Source of the DNA: Gaiellaceae bacterium
Lineage (GTDB): Bacteria > Actinomycetota > Thermoleophilia > Gaiellales > Gaiellaceae
DNA: 64,000 bases
Direction of reading: 5' to 3'
Assembly (NCBI GenBank): GCA_035763525.1
Contig: DASUAX010000089.1
Location: 884 to 64,883 of the forward strand
Positions 17,240 to 30,015 of the stretch are shown here, piece by piece. The position numbers and the translations under genes are program-made. Every line of letters begins with the position of its first letter. The stretch's first letter is position 1. The notes under the pieces are model-generated. The model saw only the letters and a list, made by a program, of their open reading frames with translations. It searched no databases and had not been told where the DNA came from.

Positions 17240-18028
17240 GTGCGGCGTCATGTCCTGACCGCGTACGCGGCGCTCGCGCTCGCGTACCTGTTCCTGCCGA
17301 TCGCGATCGTCGTCGCCTTCTCGTTCAACAATCCGAAGGGCCGCTTCAACTTCACGTGGGCGGGCTTCACGTGGAAGAACTGGGAGAACCCGTTCGCGTT
17401 CCCGGGCATCGGCCCCGCGCTTCGCGTCAGCATCGAGCTCGCCCTCCTCTCGTCGCTGATCGCGACGATCCTCGGGACGCTCATCGCGCTCGCGCTCGTC
17501 CGCTATCGCTTCCGCGGCAGCGCGACCACCAACATGCTCATCTTCATCCCGATGACGACGCCCGAGGTGGTGATGGGCGCCTCGCTGCTGACGCTGTTCG
17601 TCAACTGGCGCATCGCGCAGGGCTTCGGGACGATCCTGATCGCACACATCCTCTTCAACATCAGCTACGTCGTCGTCACCGTGCGCGCGCGGCTCGTCGG
17701 GTTCGACCGCCACCTCGAGGAGGCGGCGATGGATCTCGGCGCCAACGAGTGGGTGACGTTCTTGCGCGTGACGCTGCCGCTGATCATGCCGGGCATCCTC
17801 GCGGCGGGGTTGCTCGCGTTCGCGCTCTCGATCGACGACTTCGTGATCACGTACTTCAACGCCGGCGCGACGACGACGTTCCCGCTCTTCGTGTGGGGCG
17901 CGGCGCGCGTGGCGACCCCGCCGCAGATCAACGTGATCGGGACGGCGATCTTCGTGATCGCCGTCAGCGGGATGCTCGCGAACATCCTCTTCCAGAACTA
18001 CCGCGCACGGAAAGGAGTGCTCGTATGA
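17240..18028 (+). CDS. potC: polyamine-type ABC permease
   Basis: GTG 17240 gives VRRHVLTAYAALALAYLFLPIAIVVAFSFN, the usual PotC N-terminus. Has the EAA loop EEAAMDLGANEWVTFLRVTLPLIMPG. Alternative ATG 17165 would translate the repeat. Confidence 0.85.
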   Translation: MRRHVLTAYAALALAYLFLPIAIVVAFSFNNPKGRFNFTWAGFTWKNWENPFAFPGIGPALRVSIELALLSSLIATILGTLIALALVRYRFRGSATTNMLIFIPMTTPEVVMGASLLTLFVNWRIAQGFGTILIAHILFNISYVVVTVRARLVGFDRHLEEAAMDLGANEWVTFLRVTLPLIMPGILAAGLLAFALSIDDFVITYFNAGATTTFPLFVWGAARVATPPQINVIGTAIFVIAVSGMLANILFQNYRARKGVLV

Positions 18029-19434
18029 CCTTCGACTTCCAGCAGGCGGCCCGGGACCACCTCTGGCTGCATTTCACCCGCATGGGCACGTACGGACGCG
18101 CCGACGTGCCGATCATCGTGCGCGGCGAGGGGTGCTATCTCGAGGACGCGAACGGGAAGCGGTACCTCGACGCCCTGGCGGGGCTGTTCGCCGTCCAGAT
18201 CGGCTACTCGCACGGCGAGGAGATCGGGCAGGCGGCGCTCGAGCAGATGAAGGAGCTGCCCTTCTACACGAACTGGTCGTACGCGCATCCGCGCGCGATC
18301 GAGCTCGCGCACGAGGTCGCGCAGCTCGCGCCGGGCGACCTGAACAGGGTGTTCTTCGTCTCGGGCGGCTCGGAGGCCGTCGAGGCGGCCTGGAAGCTCG
18401 CGCGCCAGTGGCACCTGGCGCGCGGCGAGCGCCGCTGGAAGGCGATCGCGCGGCGCACCGCGTACCACGGCACGACGATGGGCGCGCTCTCGATCAACGG
18501 CATCCCCGCGCTCAAGAACACGTTCGAGCCGCTCGTCCCGGAGACGTTGCACGTCCGCAACACGAACCGCTACCACCGGCCGCCCGAGGAGACGGAGGAG
18601 GAGTTCACGGCGTTCCTCCTCGACGACCTCGAGCAGGCGATCCTCGCCGCGGGGCCGGCGACGGTGGCGATGGTGATCATGGAGCCGGTGCAGAACGCCG
18701 GCGGCTCGTTCACGCCCCCGGCCGGCTATTTCCAGGGCGTGCACGAGATCTGCGACCGGTACGGGATCCTGCTCTGCGCCGACGAGGTGATCACGGGCTT
18801 CGGGCGCGTCGGCGACTGGTTCGCGTCGGAGACGTACGACATCCGCCCCGACCTCGTCACGTGCGCGAAGGGGCTTTCCTCGGCCTACGCCGCGATCGGC
18901 GCAGTGCTCGCGACCGACCGCGTCTTCGAGCCGTTCCTGGACGAGAAGGCGATGTACACGCACGGGATGACCTTCGGCGGCCATCCGGTGATGTGTGCGA
19001 TCGCGCTCAAGAACATCGAGATCATGAAGCGCGAGCGGGTGCTCGAGAACGTGCGCGAGAACGAGTCGTACTTCCGCGGCGCGCTCGAGCAGTTGAAGGA
19101 GCTCGACATCGTCGGCGACGTGCGCGGGACGGGCTACTTCTACGCGGTCGAGCTCGTGCGCGACAGGGAGACACGCGAGACCTTCACCGAGGCGGAGAGC
19201 GAGACGCTCCTGCGCGGCTTCCTCTCGCCGAGGCTCTTCGAGCGCGGCCTCATCTGCCGCGCCGACGACCGTGGTGACCCGGTCGTGCAGATCTCGCCGC
19301 CGCTCGTCGCGGGCCGTGCGGAGATCGACGAGCTGACCGGGACGCTCGGCGACGTGCTCGCCGAGGCGCAGGAGCGTGTGGACGTCCGTCACGTGGAGAC
19401 GGCGACGCGCACGCCCGGACAGCGCGTTCCGTGA
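18025..19434 (+). CDS. class-III (omega-amine/putrescine:pyruvate-type) aminotransferase
   Basis: ATGA overlap with potC. 469 aa with SGGSEAVEAAWKLAR, ADEVITGFGRVG and TCAKGLSS (PLP lysine). Confidence 0.9.
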   Translation: MTFDFQQAARDHLWLHFTRMGTYGRADVPIIVRGEGCYLEDANGKRYLDALAGLFAVQIGYSHGEEIGQAALEQMKELPFYTNWSYAHPRAIELAHEVAQLAPGDLNRVFFVSGGSEAVEAAWKLARQWHLARGERRWKAIARRTAYHGTTMGALSINGIPALKNTFEPLVPETLHVRNTNRYHRPPEETEEEFTAFLLDDLEQAILAAGPATVAMVIMEPVQNAGGSFTPPAGYFQGVHEICDRYGILLCADEVITGFGRVGDWFASETYDIRPDLVTCAKGLSSAYAAIGAVLATDRVFEPFLDEKAMYTHGMTFGGHPVMCAIALKNIEIMKRERVLENVRENESYFRGALEQLKELDIVGDVRGTGYFYAVELVRDRETRETFTEAESETLLRGFLSPRLFERGLICRADDRGDPVVQISPPLVAGRAEIDELTGTLGDVLAEAQERVDVRHVETATRTPGQRVP

Positions 19435-20618
19435 GGATCCTCGTCGTCGGCACGGGCGGCGTCGGCTCCGCGGTCGCGCCGATCGCGGCGCGGCGCGGGT
19501 TCTTCGAGCGGATGGTCTTCGCCGACCTCGACCCGGCGCGGCCGCAGGCGCTCGTCGCGCGGCTCGGCGACGACCGCTTCGGTGCGGCGCAGCTGGATGC
19601 CTCCGACGCGCCGGCGGTCGCGGGCCTCGCCCGCGCGGAGCGCTGCGACGTGATCCTGAACGCGGCCGACCCGCGCTTCAACCCGCCGATCTTCGCCGCC
19701 GCGCTCGAGGCCGGCTGCACGTACCTCGACATGGCGATGACGCTCTCCGACCGGGACGGGACGAAGCTCGGCGACCTGCAATTCGCCCAGGACGACGAGT
19801 GGCGGGCGCGGGGGCAACTCGCGCTCGTCGGCATCGGCGTCGAGCCGGGCCTCTCCGACGTGTTCGCCCGCTACGCAGCCGACCATCTCTTCTCGGCGAT
19901 CGACGAGGTCGGAGTCCGCGACGGTGCGAACCTGGTCGTCGAGGGCTACGCGTTCGCGCCGACCTTCTCGATCTGGACGACGATCGAGGAGTGCCTCAAC
20001 CCACCGGTGATCTGGGAGCGGGAGCGCGGCTGGTACACGACCGAGCCCTTCTCGGAGCCCGAGGTGTTCGACTTCCCGGAAGGGATCGGAGAGGTCGAGT
20101 GCGTGAACGTCGAGCACGAGGAAGTGCTGCTCGTGCCGCGCTTCATCGACTGCAACCGTGTCACGTTCAAGTACGGCCTCGGCGAGGAGTTCATCGACGT
20201 GCTGAAGACGCTGCACAAGCTGAACCTCGACTCGACCGATCCGGTGTCGGTGCGCGGCGTGCAGGTGGCGCCCCGCGACGTGCTCGCCGCCGCGCTGCCC
20301 GACCCGGCGACGCTCGGCGACCGGATGCGCGGGCTCACCTGCGCGGGCACCTTCGTGACGGGGACGGGGAACGACGGCGCCCCGAAGGCGACCTACCTGT
20401 ACCACGTCGTCTCGAACGAGGAGTCGATGGCGCGCGACGGGGCGCAGGCGGTCGTGTGGCAGACCGCCGTCAACCCGGTCGTCGCGCTCGAGCTGATCGC
20501 GGAGGGCGCCTGGTCCGGTGAGGGCGTGCTCGGTCCCGAGGCGTTCGACGCGGTGCCGTTCCTCGACCTGCTCGCGGAGCACGGCGCGCCGCACGGCATC
20601 GACGAGCGCACGCCGTGA
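19431..20618 (+). CDS. saccharopine-dehydrogenase-family NAD(P) oxidoreductase
   Basis: GTGA overlap. MRILVVGTGGVGSAVA Rossmann N-terminus. Length and C-terminal domain are typical of Sacchrp_dh / carboxynorspermidine-dehydrogenase-like proteins. Confidence 0.8.
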   Translation: MRILVVGTGGVGSAVAPIAARRGFFERMVFADLDPARPQALVARLGDDRFGAAQLDASDAPAVAGLARAERCDVILNAADPRFNPPIFAAALEAGCTYLDMAMTLSDRDGTKLGDLQFAQDDEWRARGQLALVGIGVEPGLSDVFARYAADHLFSAIDEVGVRDGANLVVEGYAFAPTFSIWTTIEECLNPPVIWERERGWYTTEPFSEPEVFDFPEGIGEVECVNVEHEEVLLVPRFIDCNRVTFKYGLGEEFIDVLKTLHKLNLDSTDPVSVRGVQVAPRDVLAAALPDPATLGDRMRGLTCAGTFVTGTGNDGAPKATYLYHVVSNEESMARDGAQAVVWQTAVNPVVALELIAEGAWSGEGVLGPEAFDAVPFLDLLAEHGAPHGIDERTP

Positions 20619-20728
20619 CGCTCCCGGGCCTGGCCGCTTGAGCCGGCGAGTGTGGTCAGACCAAAGTTCACGAAAGTGCAACAAGCCGCTTCGCTACGAC
20701 GACAGACGCAACGGGAGACGATCCGAGA

Positions 20729-22081
20729 ATGGTCAGACCGTTGAACGAGCGCGCGCAGGCGCTGCTCGAGCGGGAGCTGCGCCGCTTCGCCGAGACGCAC
20801 CCGCGCTCGCGCGCGCTCTCCGAGCGTGCGCACGCGTCGCTGCTCGGGGGCGTGCCGATGCACTGGATGCTCCGCTGGGCTGGCGGCTTCCCCGTCTACG
20901 CCGCGCAGGCGCGGGGCGCCCGCTTCCGCGACGTCGACGGGATCGAGTACGTCGACCTCTGTCTCGGCGACACGGGCGCAATGACCGGTCATTCGCCCGA
21001 GCCCGTCGCGCGCGCCGTCTCCGAGCAGCTCGCCCGCGGGATCACGCTGATGCTGCCGAGCGAGGACGCGCTCTGGGTCGGCGAGGAGCTGACGCGCCGC
21101 TTCGGCCCGACGCGCTGGCAGTTCGCGCTCACGGCGACCGACGCGAACCGCTTCGCGCTGCGCCTCGCGCGGCACGTCACCGGCCGGCCGAAGGTGCTCG
21201 TCTTCAACTGGTGCTACCACGGCACCGTCGACGAGACGTTCGCGACGCTCGAGCGCGGCGCCGTCGTCGCGCGCGCGGGCAACCTCGGCCCGCCGGTACC
21301 GCTCGACGAGACGACACGCGTCGTCGAGTGGAACGACGTCGAAGCGCTCGAGCGCGAGCTCGCGCACGGCGACGTCGCCTGCGTGTTGACGGAGCCCGTG
21401 CTGACGAACGTCGGCATCGTGCATCCGGAGCCGGGCTTTCACGACGCGCTGCGCGCGCTGACCCGCGAGCAGGGCACGCTGCTCGTGATCGACGAGACGC
21501 ACACGCTCTGTGCCGGGCCCGGCGGTTACACGGCGGCACGGGCTCTCGAACCGGACGTTGTCACGGTCGGCAAGGCGATCGGCGGCGGCATCCCCTCGGC
21601 CGCCTACGGCTTCACCGACGACGTCGCGGCGAGGATCGACGCGTCGATCGCCGTCGACGACTCGGACGTCGGCGGCGTCGGCGGCACGCTCGCCGCCAAC
21701 GTCGTCTCGCTCGTCGCGATGCGCGCAACGCTGTCGGAGGTGCTGACTGAAGCGGCGTTCGCCCAGATGATCGCGCTCGGCGAGCGGTTCGAGACCGCCG
21801 TTGCCTCGGTGATCGCCGACCGGTCGCTGCCCTGGCACGTGACGAGGTTGGGCTGCCGGGCCGAGTACCTGTTCCGCTCGGGCCCGCCGCGCACGGGGAG
21901 CGAGGCGGCGACCGGCATCGACCACGTGCTCGACCGGCTGATCCACCTCTACGCCCTCAACCGCGGCGTCCTGCTGACGCCGTTCCACAACATGGCGCTG
22001 ATGTCGCCGGCGACGACCGACGCGGACGTCGACCGTCACACCGAGGTCTTCGCCGCGGCCGTCGCCGAGCTGGTCGGCTGA
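20729..22081 (+). CDS. class-III aminotransferase, glutamate-1-semialdehyde-aminomutase-like
   Basis: 450 aa with LCLGDTGAMTGHSP, TATDANRFALRLAR and VTVGKAIGGGIPSAAYG (PLP lysine). Confidence 0.85.
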   Translation: MVRPLNERAQALLERELRRFAETHPRSRALSERAHASLLGGVPMHWMLRWAGGFPVYAAQARGARFRDVDGIEYVDLCLGDTGAMTGHSPEPVARAVSEQLARGITLMLPSEDALWVGEELTRRFGPTRWQFALTATDANRFALRLARHVTGRPKVLVFNWCYHGTVDETFATLERGAVVARAGNLGPPVPLDETTRVVEWNDVEALERELAHGDVACVLTEPVLTNVGIVHPEPGFHDALRALTREQGTLLVIDETHTLCAGPGGYTAARALEPDVVTVGKAIGGGIPSAAYGFTDDVAARIDASIAVDDSDVGGVGGTLAANVVSLVAMRATLSEVLTEAAFAQMIALGERFETAVASVIADRSLPWHVTRLGCRAEYLFRSGPPRTGSEAATGIDHVLDRLIHLYALNRGVLLTPFHNMALMSPATTDADVDRHTEVFAAAVAELVG

Positions 22082-22084
22082 GCG

Positions 22085-23521
<1,437 letters not shown>

Positions 23522-23523
23522 GC

Positions 23524-24387
23524 ATGGACGTCCTCGTGTGCGACGTCGGCCCGCGCGACGGCCTCCAGAACGAGTCGGGCACCCTGCCGCCGGCGATGCG
23601 GGCGGAGCTCGTGTCCCGCCTCGCCGGCGCCCGGCTGCCGCGGATCGAGGCGGTCTCGTTCGTCCGTGGCGACCGCGTGCCGCAGATGTCCGGCGCCGAG
23701 GAGGTCGTCGCCGCCGCGCGCCGCTCCGACGCCGAGTTGTCGGGTCTCGTCCTGAACGAGCGCGGCTACGAGCGCTTCGCGCGCACGTCGCTCGACCGCG
23801 TCAACTGCACGCTCGCCGCCACGGAGACGTTCAACGAGCGAAACGGCAACGCGACGCTCGGCGAGGCCGTCCGTCGCGTGCAGGCGATCGTCGCGGCTGC
23901 CGATCGACCGGCGACGGTGACGATCTCGTGCGCGTTCGGCTGCCCGTTCGAGGGCGAGGTCGACCCGGGCGCGGTGGCCGACCTCTGCGAGCGGCTCGAC
24001 GGTGCCGACGAGATCGTCCTCGCCGACACGATCGGCGTCGCGACGCCGCACCGCGCGCGCCGGCTCGTCGAGCGGGTCTCGATCCTCGGCCCGCGGGTCG
24101 GCGCGCACCTCCACAACACGCGCAACACCGGGTATGCCTCGGCGTGGGGGGCGCTCGACGGCGGCGCGTCGGTGCTCGACGCGTCGGTCGGCGGGCTCGG
24201 CGGCTGCCCGTTCTCGCCGAACGCGACCGGCAACATCGCGACGGAGGACCTCGTGTGGCAGCTCGAGCGCGACGGTGTGCGGACCGGCGTCGACGTCGAC
24301 GCGCTCGTCGAGGTCTCCCGCTGGCTCGAGAACGTGCTCGGCCGCCGCCTCGAGGGCTACCTGTACCGCGCTGCGCGCTGGCCGTGA
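23524..24387 (+). CDS. hydroxymethylglutaryl-CoA lyase
   Basis: 287 aa with VGPRDGLQNE, HLHNTRNTGYA and GGLGGCPFSPNATGNIATEDL. Confidence 0.9.
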   Translation: MDVLVCDVGPRDGLQNESGTLPPAMRAELVSRLAGARLPRIEAVSFVRGDRVPQMSGAEEVVAAARRSDAELSGLVLNERGYERFARTSLDRVNCTLAATETFNERNGNATLGEAVRRVQAIVAAADRPATVTISCAFGCPFEGEVDPGAVADLCERLDGADEIVLADTIGVATPHRARRLVERVSILGPRVGAHLHNTRNTGYASAWGALDGGASVLDASVGGLGGCPFSPNATGNIATEDLVWQLERDGVRTGVDVDALVEVSRWLENVLGRRLEGYLYRAARWP

Positions 24388-25232
24388 TCGGCAGCCGCCC
24401 CTACGAGCCGGGCGATCTGCGCCTGATGCTCGGCCTGCTCTCGGAGTCGTGGCCGGACGTGCGGCACGGCGTCGGCTATGCGTTCATGGCACAGCGGCTC
24501 CCGCACGACGACTGGGAGGCGCGGCTGTGGCTCGACGGCGACACGCTCGTCGCGTGGGCGTGGGCAACCGGGTGGCGCAGCCCACGCGGGCTCTCGTACG
24601 AGCTGCGGCCGGGCTACGAGGAGCTGCTGGACGAGCTCGTCGTGTGGGGCAGGCCGGAGGTGACGACGGTGCGGAGCGGCGACGAGCGGTCGGCCGCCGT
24701 CCTTCGCGGGCACGGGCTCGAGCACGACCCGGCCGCGCCGTGGATCCGCTGGAACGCGCGGCCGCTCGGCGAGATCGAGGAGGCGGTCGTCCCGGCGGGC
24801 TACCGCCTCTCGACCATGGCCGAGTACGGCGACTTCGCGTCGCGCTCCGCTGCGCACCGGTCGGCGTTTGCGCCCTCGCGCTTCACCGACGAGGTGTACG
24901 AGACGGTGCGGCGTGAGGCGCCCTGGCGCGCGGAGCTCGACTGCGTGGTGGTCGATCCAGCCGGCGGGGTGGCGGCGTACGCGCTCGCGTGGCTCGACGA
25001 GCCGAATCGCGTCGGCGAGCTGGAGCCGGTCGGGGTGCGGACCGACGAGCAGCGTCGCGGCCTCGGCCGGGCGGTGTGCCTGCACGCGCTCCGGCAGCTG
25101 CGCTCGGCCGGTGCCGGGACGGCGCTCGTCGGCTCGCGCGGCGACGACGACTACCCCGCGCCGCGGGCGCTCTACGAGTCGATCGGCTTCCGCGAGGCCT
25201 GGCGGCACCTGCCGTTCACGCGAGCGCGGTAG
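24384..25232 (+). CDS. GNAT-family acetyltransferase (two-lobed, mycothiol-synthase-like architecture)
   Basis: GTG 24384 overlaps the HMG-CoA lyase stop. C-terminal motif VGVRTDEQRRGLGRAVCLHAL. Confidence 0.75.
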   Translation: MIGSRPYEPGDLRLMLGLLSESWPDVRHGVGYAFMAQRLPHDDWEARLWLDGDTLVAWAWATGWRSPRGLSYELRPGYEELLDELVVWGRPEVTTVRSGDERSAAVLRGHGLEHDPAAPWIRWNARPLGEIEEAVVPAGYRLSTMAEYGDFASRSAAHRSAFAPSRFTDEVYETVRREAPWRAELDCVVVDPAGGVAAYALAWLDEPNRVGELEPVGVRTDEQRRGLGRAVCLHALRQLRSAGAGTALVGSRGDDDYPAPRALYESIGFREAWRHLPFTRAR

Positions 25233-26559
25233 CGAAGGCGGCGAGCGAGCGCTCCACGTCGTCCTCGGTCGTCTCCCAGCTCGACACGGAGAGGCGGACG
25301 GCGAAGCGGCCGTCCCAGGACGTGCCGCCGAGCCAGGCCTCGCCGCCCTCCTGCACGTTCCGCACGAACCGCTCGGTCGCCTCGTCGGAGTCGAAGCGGA
25401 ACAGGACCTGGTTCAGGACGACCTCGTTCAGCACCTCGGCGCCGAGGCGCTCGAGCCCGGCGGCGAACGTGCGCGCGTGCTCGCAGCAGCGCTCGACGAG
25501 CTCGCGGATCCCGCTGCGGCCGAGCGAGCGGATCGCCGCGTAGACGGGGACGCTGCGCGCTCGGCGGGAGTGCTCGGGGTTCCAGTCCATCGCATCGCGG
25601 GTCGCGGCGTCGAAGACGAGGTACGGCGCGCGCGCCGAGAAGGCACCGCTGTGCGACTCGGGGTGCGCGGTGAAGGCGACGCCGCAGTCGTACGGCGAGT
25701 TCAGCCATTTATGGAGATCCGTTGCCCAGGAGTCGGCGTGCTCCACGCCCGTGAGGAGCGGCTGCAGGCGCGGGGACACCGCTGCCCAGAGCCCGAAGGC
25801 GCCGTCGACGTGCAGCCAGGCAGCGGGTGCGGCCTCACGGATCGCGGCGAAGTCGTCGAAGGCGCCGGTGGAGACCTCACCCGCCTGCGCGCAGACGATC
25901 GTCGGCTCGTCGCCGACCCGCAGCTCGGATGCGCGCAGCCGCCCCTGGTCGTCCGCCGGGACGACGTCGGTCGGCGCTCCCAGCCCGAGCATGCGCAGCG
26001 CGCGGTCGATCGTGCCGTGCCGCTTCTCGCCGACGACGACGCGCACGCGCGGGGCGCCCGCCACCCCGTCGCGCTCGACGTCCCAGCCGGCAGCGCGGAG
26101 CACGTGGTGCCGCGCCGCGGCGAGCGCCGTGAAGTTCGCCATCTGGCCGCTCGTGACGAACCCGAACGACACCGTGCGGGGGAGGCCGAGCAGCTCCACG
26201 AGCCATGCCCCGGCCACCTCCTCGGCGACTGCCGCAGCAGGGGCGGCGACGTACAGCCCGGCGTTCTGGTCCCAGGCCGTCGTCAGCACGTCGGCCGCGA
26301 GCGCCGCGGGCAGCGTGCCGCCGATCACGAAGCCGAAGAAGCGCCCGCCCGCGGTCGCCATCAGCCCCGGCTCGGATGCCGCCGCGAGTGCACGTGTGAC
26401 GGCGGCGGCATCGGTGGGCCCCTCGGGCAGCCGCCCGCCCAGAGCCGCGTGCAGCTCGTCGGCGGACGCCGTGGGCGCGACCGGCCGCGTCGGGAGCGAG
26501 TCGCGGAAGTCGGCTCCCAGCTCCGCTGCGAGCCGGAGCAGGTCGCGCGCCTCGCTCAC
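25216..26559 (-). CDS. group II PLP-dependent amino-acid decarboxylase
   Basis: 447 aa with [21 protein letters not shown] and [17 protein letters not shown] (PLP lysine). Confidence 0.85.
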   Translation of the reverse strand: MSEARDLLRLAAELGADFRDSLPTRPVAPTASADELHAALGGRLPEGPTDAAAVTRALAAASEPGLMATAGGRFFGFVIGGTLPAALAADVLTTAWDQNAGLYVAAPAAAVAEEVAGAWLVELLGLPRTVSFGFVTSGQMANFTALAAARHHVLRAAGWDVERDGVAGAPRVRVVVGEKRHGTIDRALRMLGLGAPTDVVPADDQGRLRASELRVGDEPTIVCAQAGEVSTGAFDDFAAIREAAPAAWLHVDGAFGLWAAVSPRLQPLLTGVEHADSWATDLHKWLNSPYDCGVAFTAHPESHSGAFSARAPYLVFDAATRDAMDWNPEHSRRARSVPVYAAIRSLGRSGIRELVERCCEHARTFAAGLERLGAEVLNEVVLNQVLFRFDSDEATERFVRNVQEGGEAWLGGTSWDGRFAVRLSVSSWETTEDDVERSLAAFATALA

Positions 26560-26999
26560 GCCGCCGCCTTCGGGATCAGGAACGACCGCTCGAACTCGCA
26601 GACGGTCTCGTCGCGCTGGTTCACGCCGCGCGTCCGCACCTCGACGATCCCCTGGGCCGGCCGCGAACGCGACTCGCGTGCCGACAGCACCTCAGTCTCC
26701 GTTCGGATCGTGTCGCCGACGAAGACGGGGCGGGGGAGCCGGATCTCGCGCCAGCCGAGGTTGACGCCGCCCGCCTGCGTCGTGTCCGGCACCGAGAGCC
26801 CGAGCACGAGGGCGAGCGTGAAGGTGGAGTTGACGAGCGGCTTGCCCCACTCGCTGGCGCGGGCCGCCTCCGCGTTGAAATGCAGCTCGTTCGTGTTCAT
26901 CGCGAGCATGGTGAAGAGGAGGTTGTCGGTCTCGGTGACCGTCCGCCCGACGGCCGACCGGTAGACGTCGCCGACGGTGAACTGCTCGAACCGCCTCAT
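26556..26999 (-). CDS. MaoC-like (R)-hydratase hot-dog protein
   Basis: 147 aa with [26 protein letters not shown] overlap with the decarboxylase. Confidence 0.85.
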   Translation of the reverse strand: MRRFEQFTVGDVYRSAVGRTVTETDNLLFTMLAMNTNELHFNAEAARASEWGKPLVNSTFTLALVLGLSVPDTTQAGGVNLGWREIRLPRPVFVGDTIRTETEVLSARESRSRPAQGIVEVRTRGVNQRDETVCEFERSFLIPKAAA

Positions 27000-27599
27000 G
27001 GTCGTGGATCATCCCAGGGTGTTCCACTCCGCGTTCGACCTCCTCTCGAGCCCGCCGGAGGCCTACGTGATCGTCTGGGCGCTCGCGCTCGGCGACGCCG
27101 TCCTGCCGGTGCTGCCGAGCGAGACCGCGCTGATCACGGCCGGGCTCCTCTCGGTCGTCGGCGACCTGTCGCTCGGCTGGGTGATCCTCGCCGGTGCGCT
27201 CGGCGCCTACTGTGGCGACACGATCTCGTACTGCCTCGGCCGCTTCGTCGGCCAGCCGTTCCGGCGACGGTTCATGAAGGGCGAGCGCGCGACCAAGGCT
27301 CTCGACTGGGCGAAAGGGCAGCTCGACGAGCGCGGCGGGCTCGTGCTCGTCGTCGCGCGCTACGTCCCCGGCGGCCGGACGGCGGCGACCTTCTCGTGCG
27401 GGATCACGCACTACCCGTACGCGAAGTTCGCCGGGTTCGACGCGCTCGCGGCGATCTCGTGGGCGGTCTACGCGTCGGCGCTCGGCTACTTCGGGGGCCG
27501 CTTCTTCCGCGACCACGCGTGGGCCGCGCTGCTGATCGCGTTCGCGATCGCCGGGCTGCTCACGCTCGCCGTCGAGGGGGTCAGGAGGCTACGGAACCG

Positions 27600-27603
<4 letters not shown>
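26998..27603 (+). CDS. DedA-family membrane protein (start uncertain: 26977, 26998 or 27019)
   Basis: Contains [21 protein letters not shown] and [16 protein letters not shown] motifs and about 4 TM helices. Confidence 0.8.
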
Positions 27604-29436
<1,833 letters not shown>

Positions 29437-29444
<8 letters not shown>

Positions 29445-29964
29445 CGTACGTGCGCCGGCGGCGGCCGCTCGTGGCGACCTCGTGTCGCTCCGCCGTCGTC
29501 GGCTCGTCTGCGGCCCGCTCGTCCATGCGGCCGTCGTCGCGCGCTACACGCCTGCGGCCGAACGGCTCGAGCACGCCGGCGAGCGTCGCGCCGATGCCGA
29601 ACGCGAGCACGCCGAGCCACGTGCCGACCGAGCGGACGACGTCGAGGATGCCCATGTCGCCCGACCAGGAGCGGACGTGCACGGCGAGCCAGCTCGAGTT
29701 CGGCTGCATCGCGACGATCACCCAGCCGGCGACGATCAGCACCGGCAGGAAGCCCAGCAGGAGCATGGCCGGCGGGTGCCCGCCCGTGCCGCGGAGCTGC
29801 GACAGGCCGAACACGAGGCCCGCGGCGGCGACGATGCAGTAGGCGGCCCAGAAGCCGCCGCTCGTCGTGCGGTCGACGTGGGCGGCGGCAACCCAGAGCA
29901 GGACGCCCGCGGCCGCCGCCCCGAGCAGGGTCGCAGGTGCACGGTTCACACCACTCAGGATCAT
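29437..29964 (-). CDS. hypothetical integral membrane protein
   Basis: 175 aa from ATG 29964, preceded by AAGGAGG. Four hydrophobic helices and a charged C-terminal tail. I recognise no family. Confidence 0.6.
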
Positions 29965-30015
29965 CGTTTCCCTCCTTTCCAGTGGAACGGAGATCCGCCG
30001 ACTAGAGTTGCGGCC

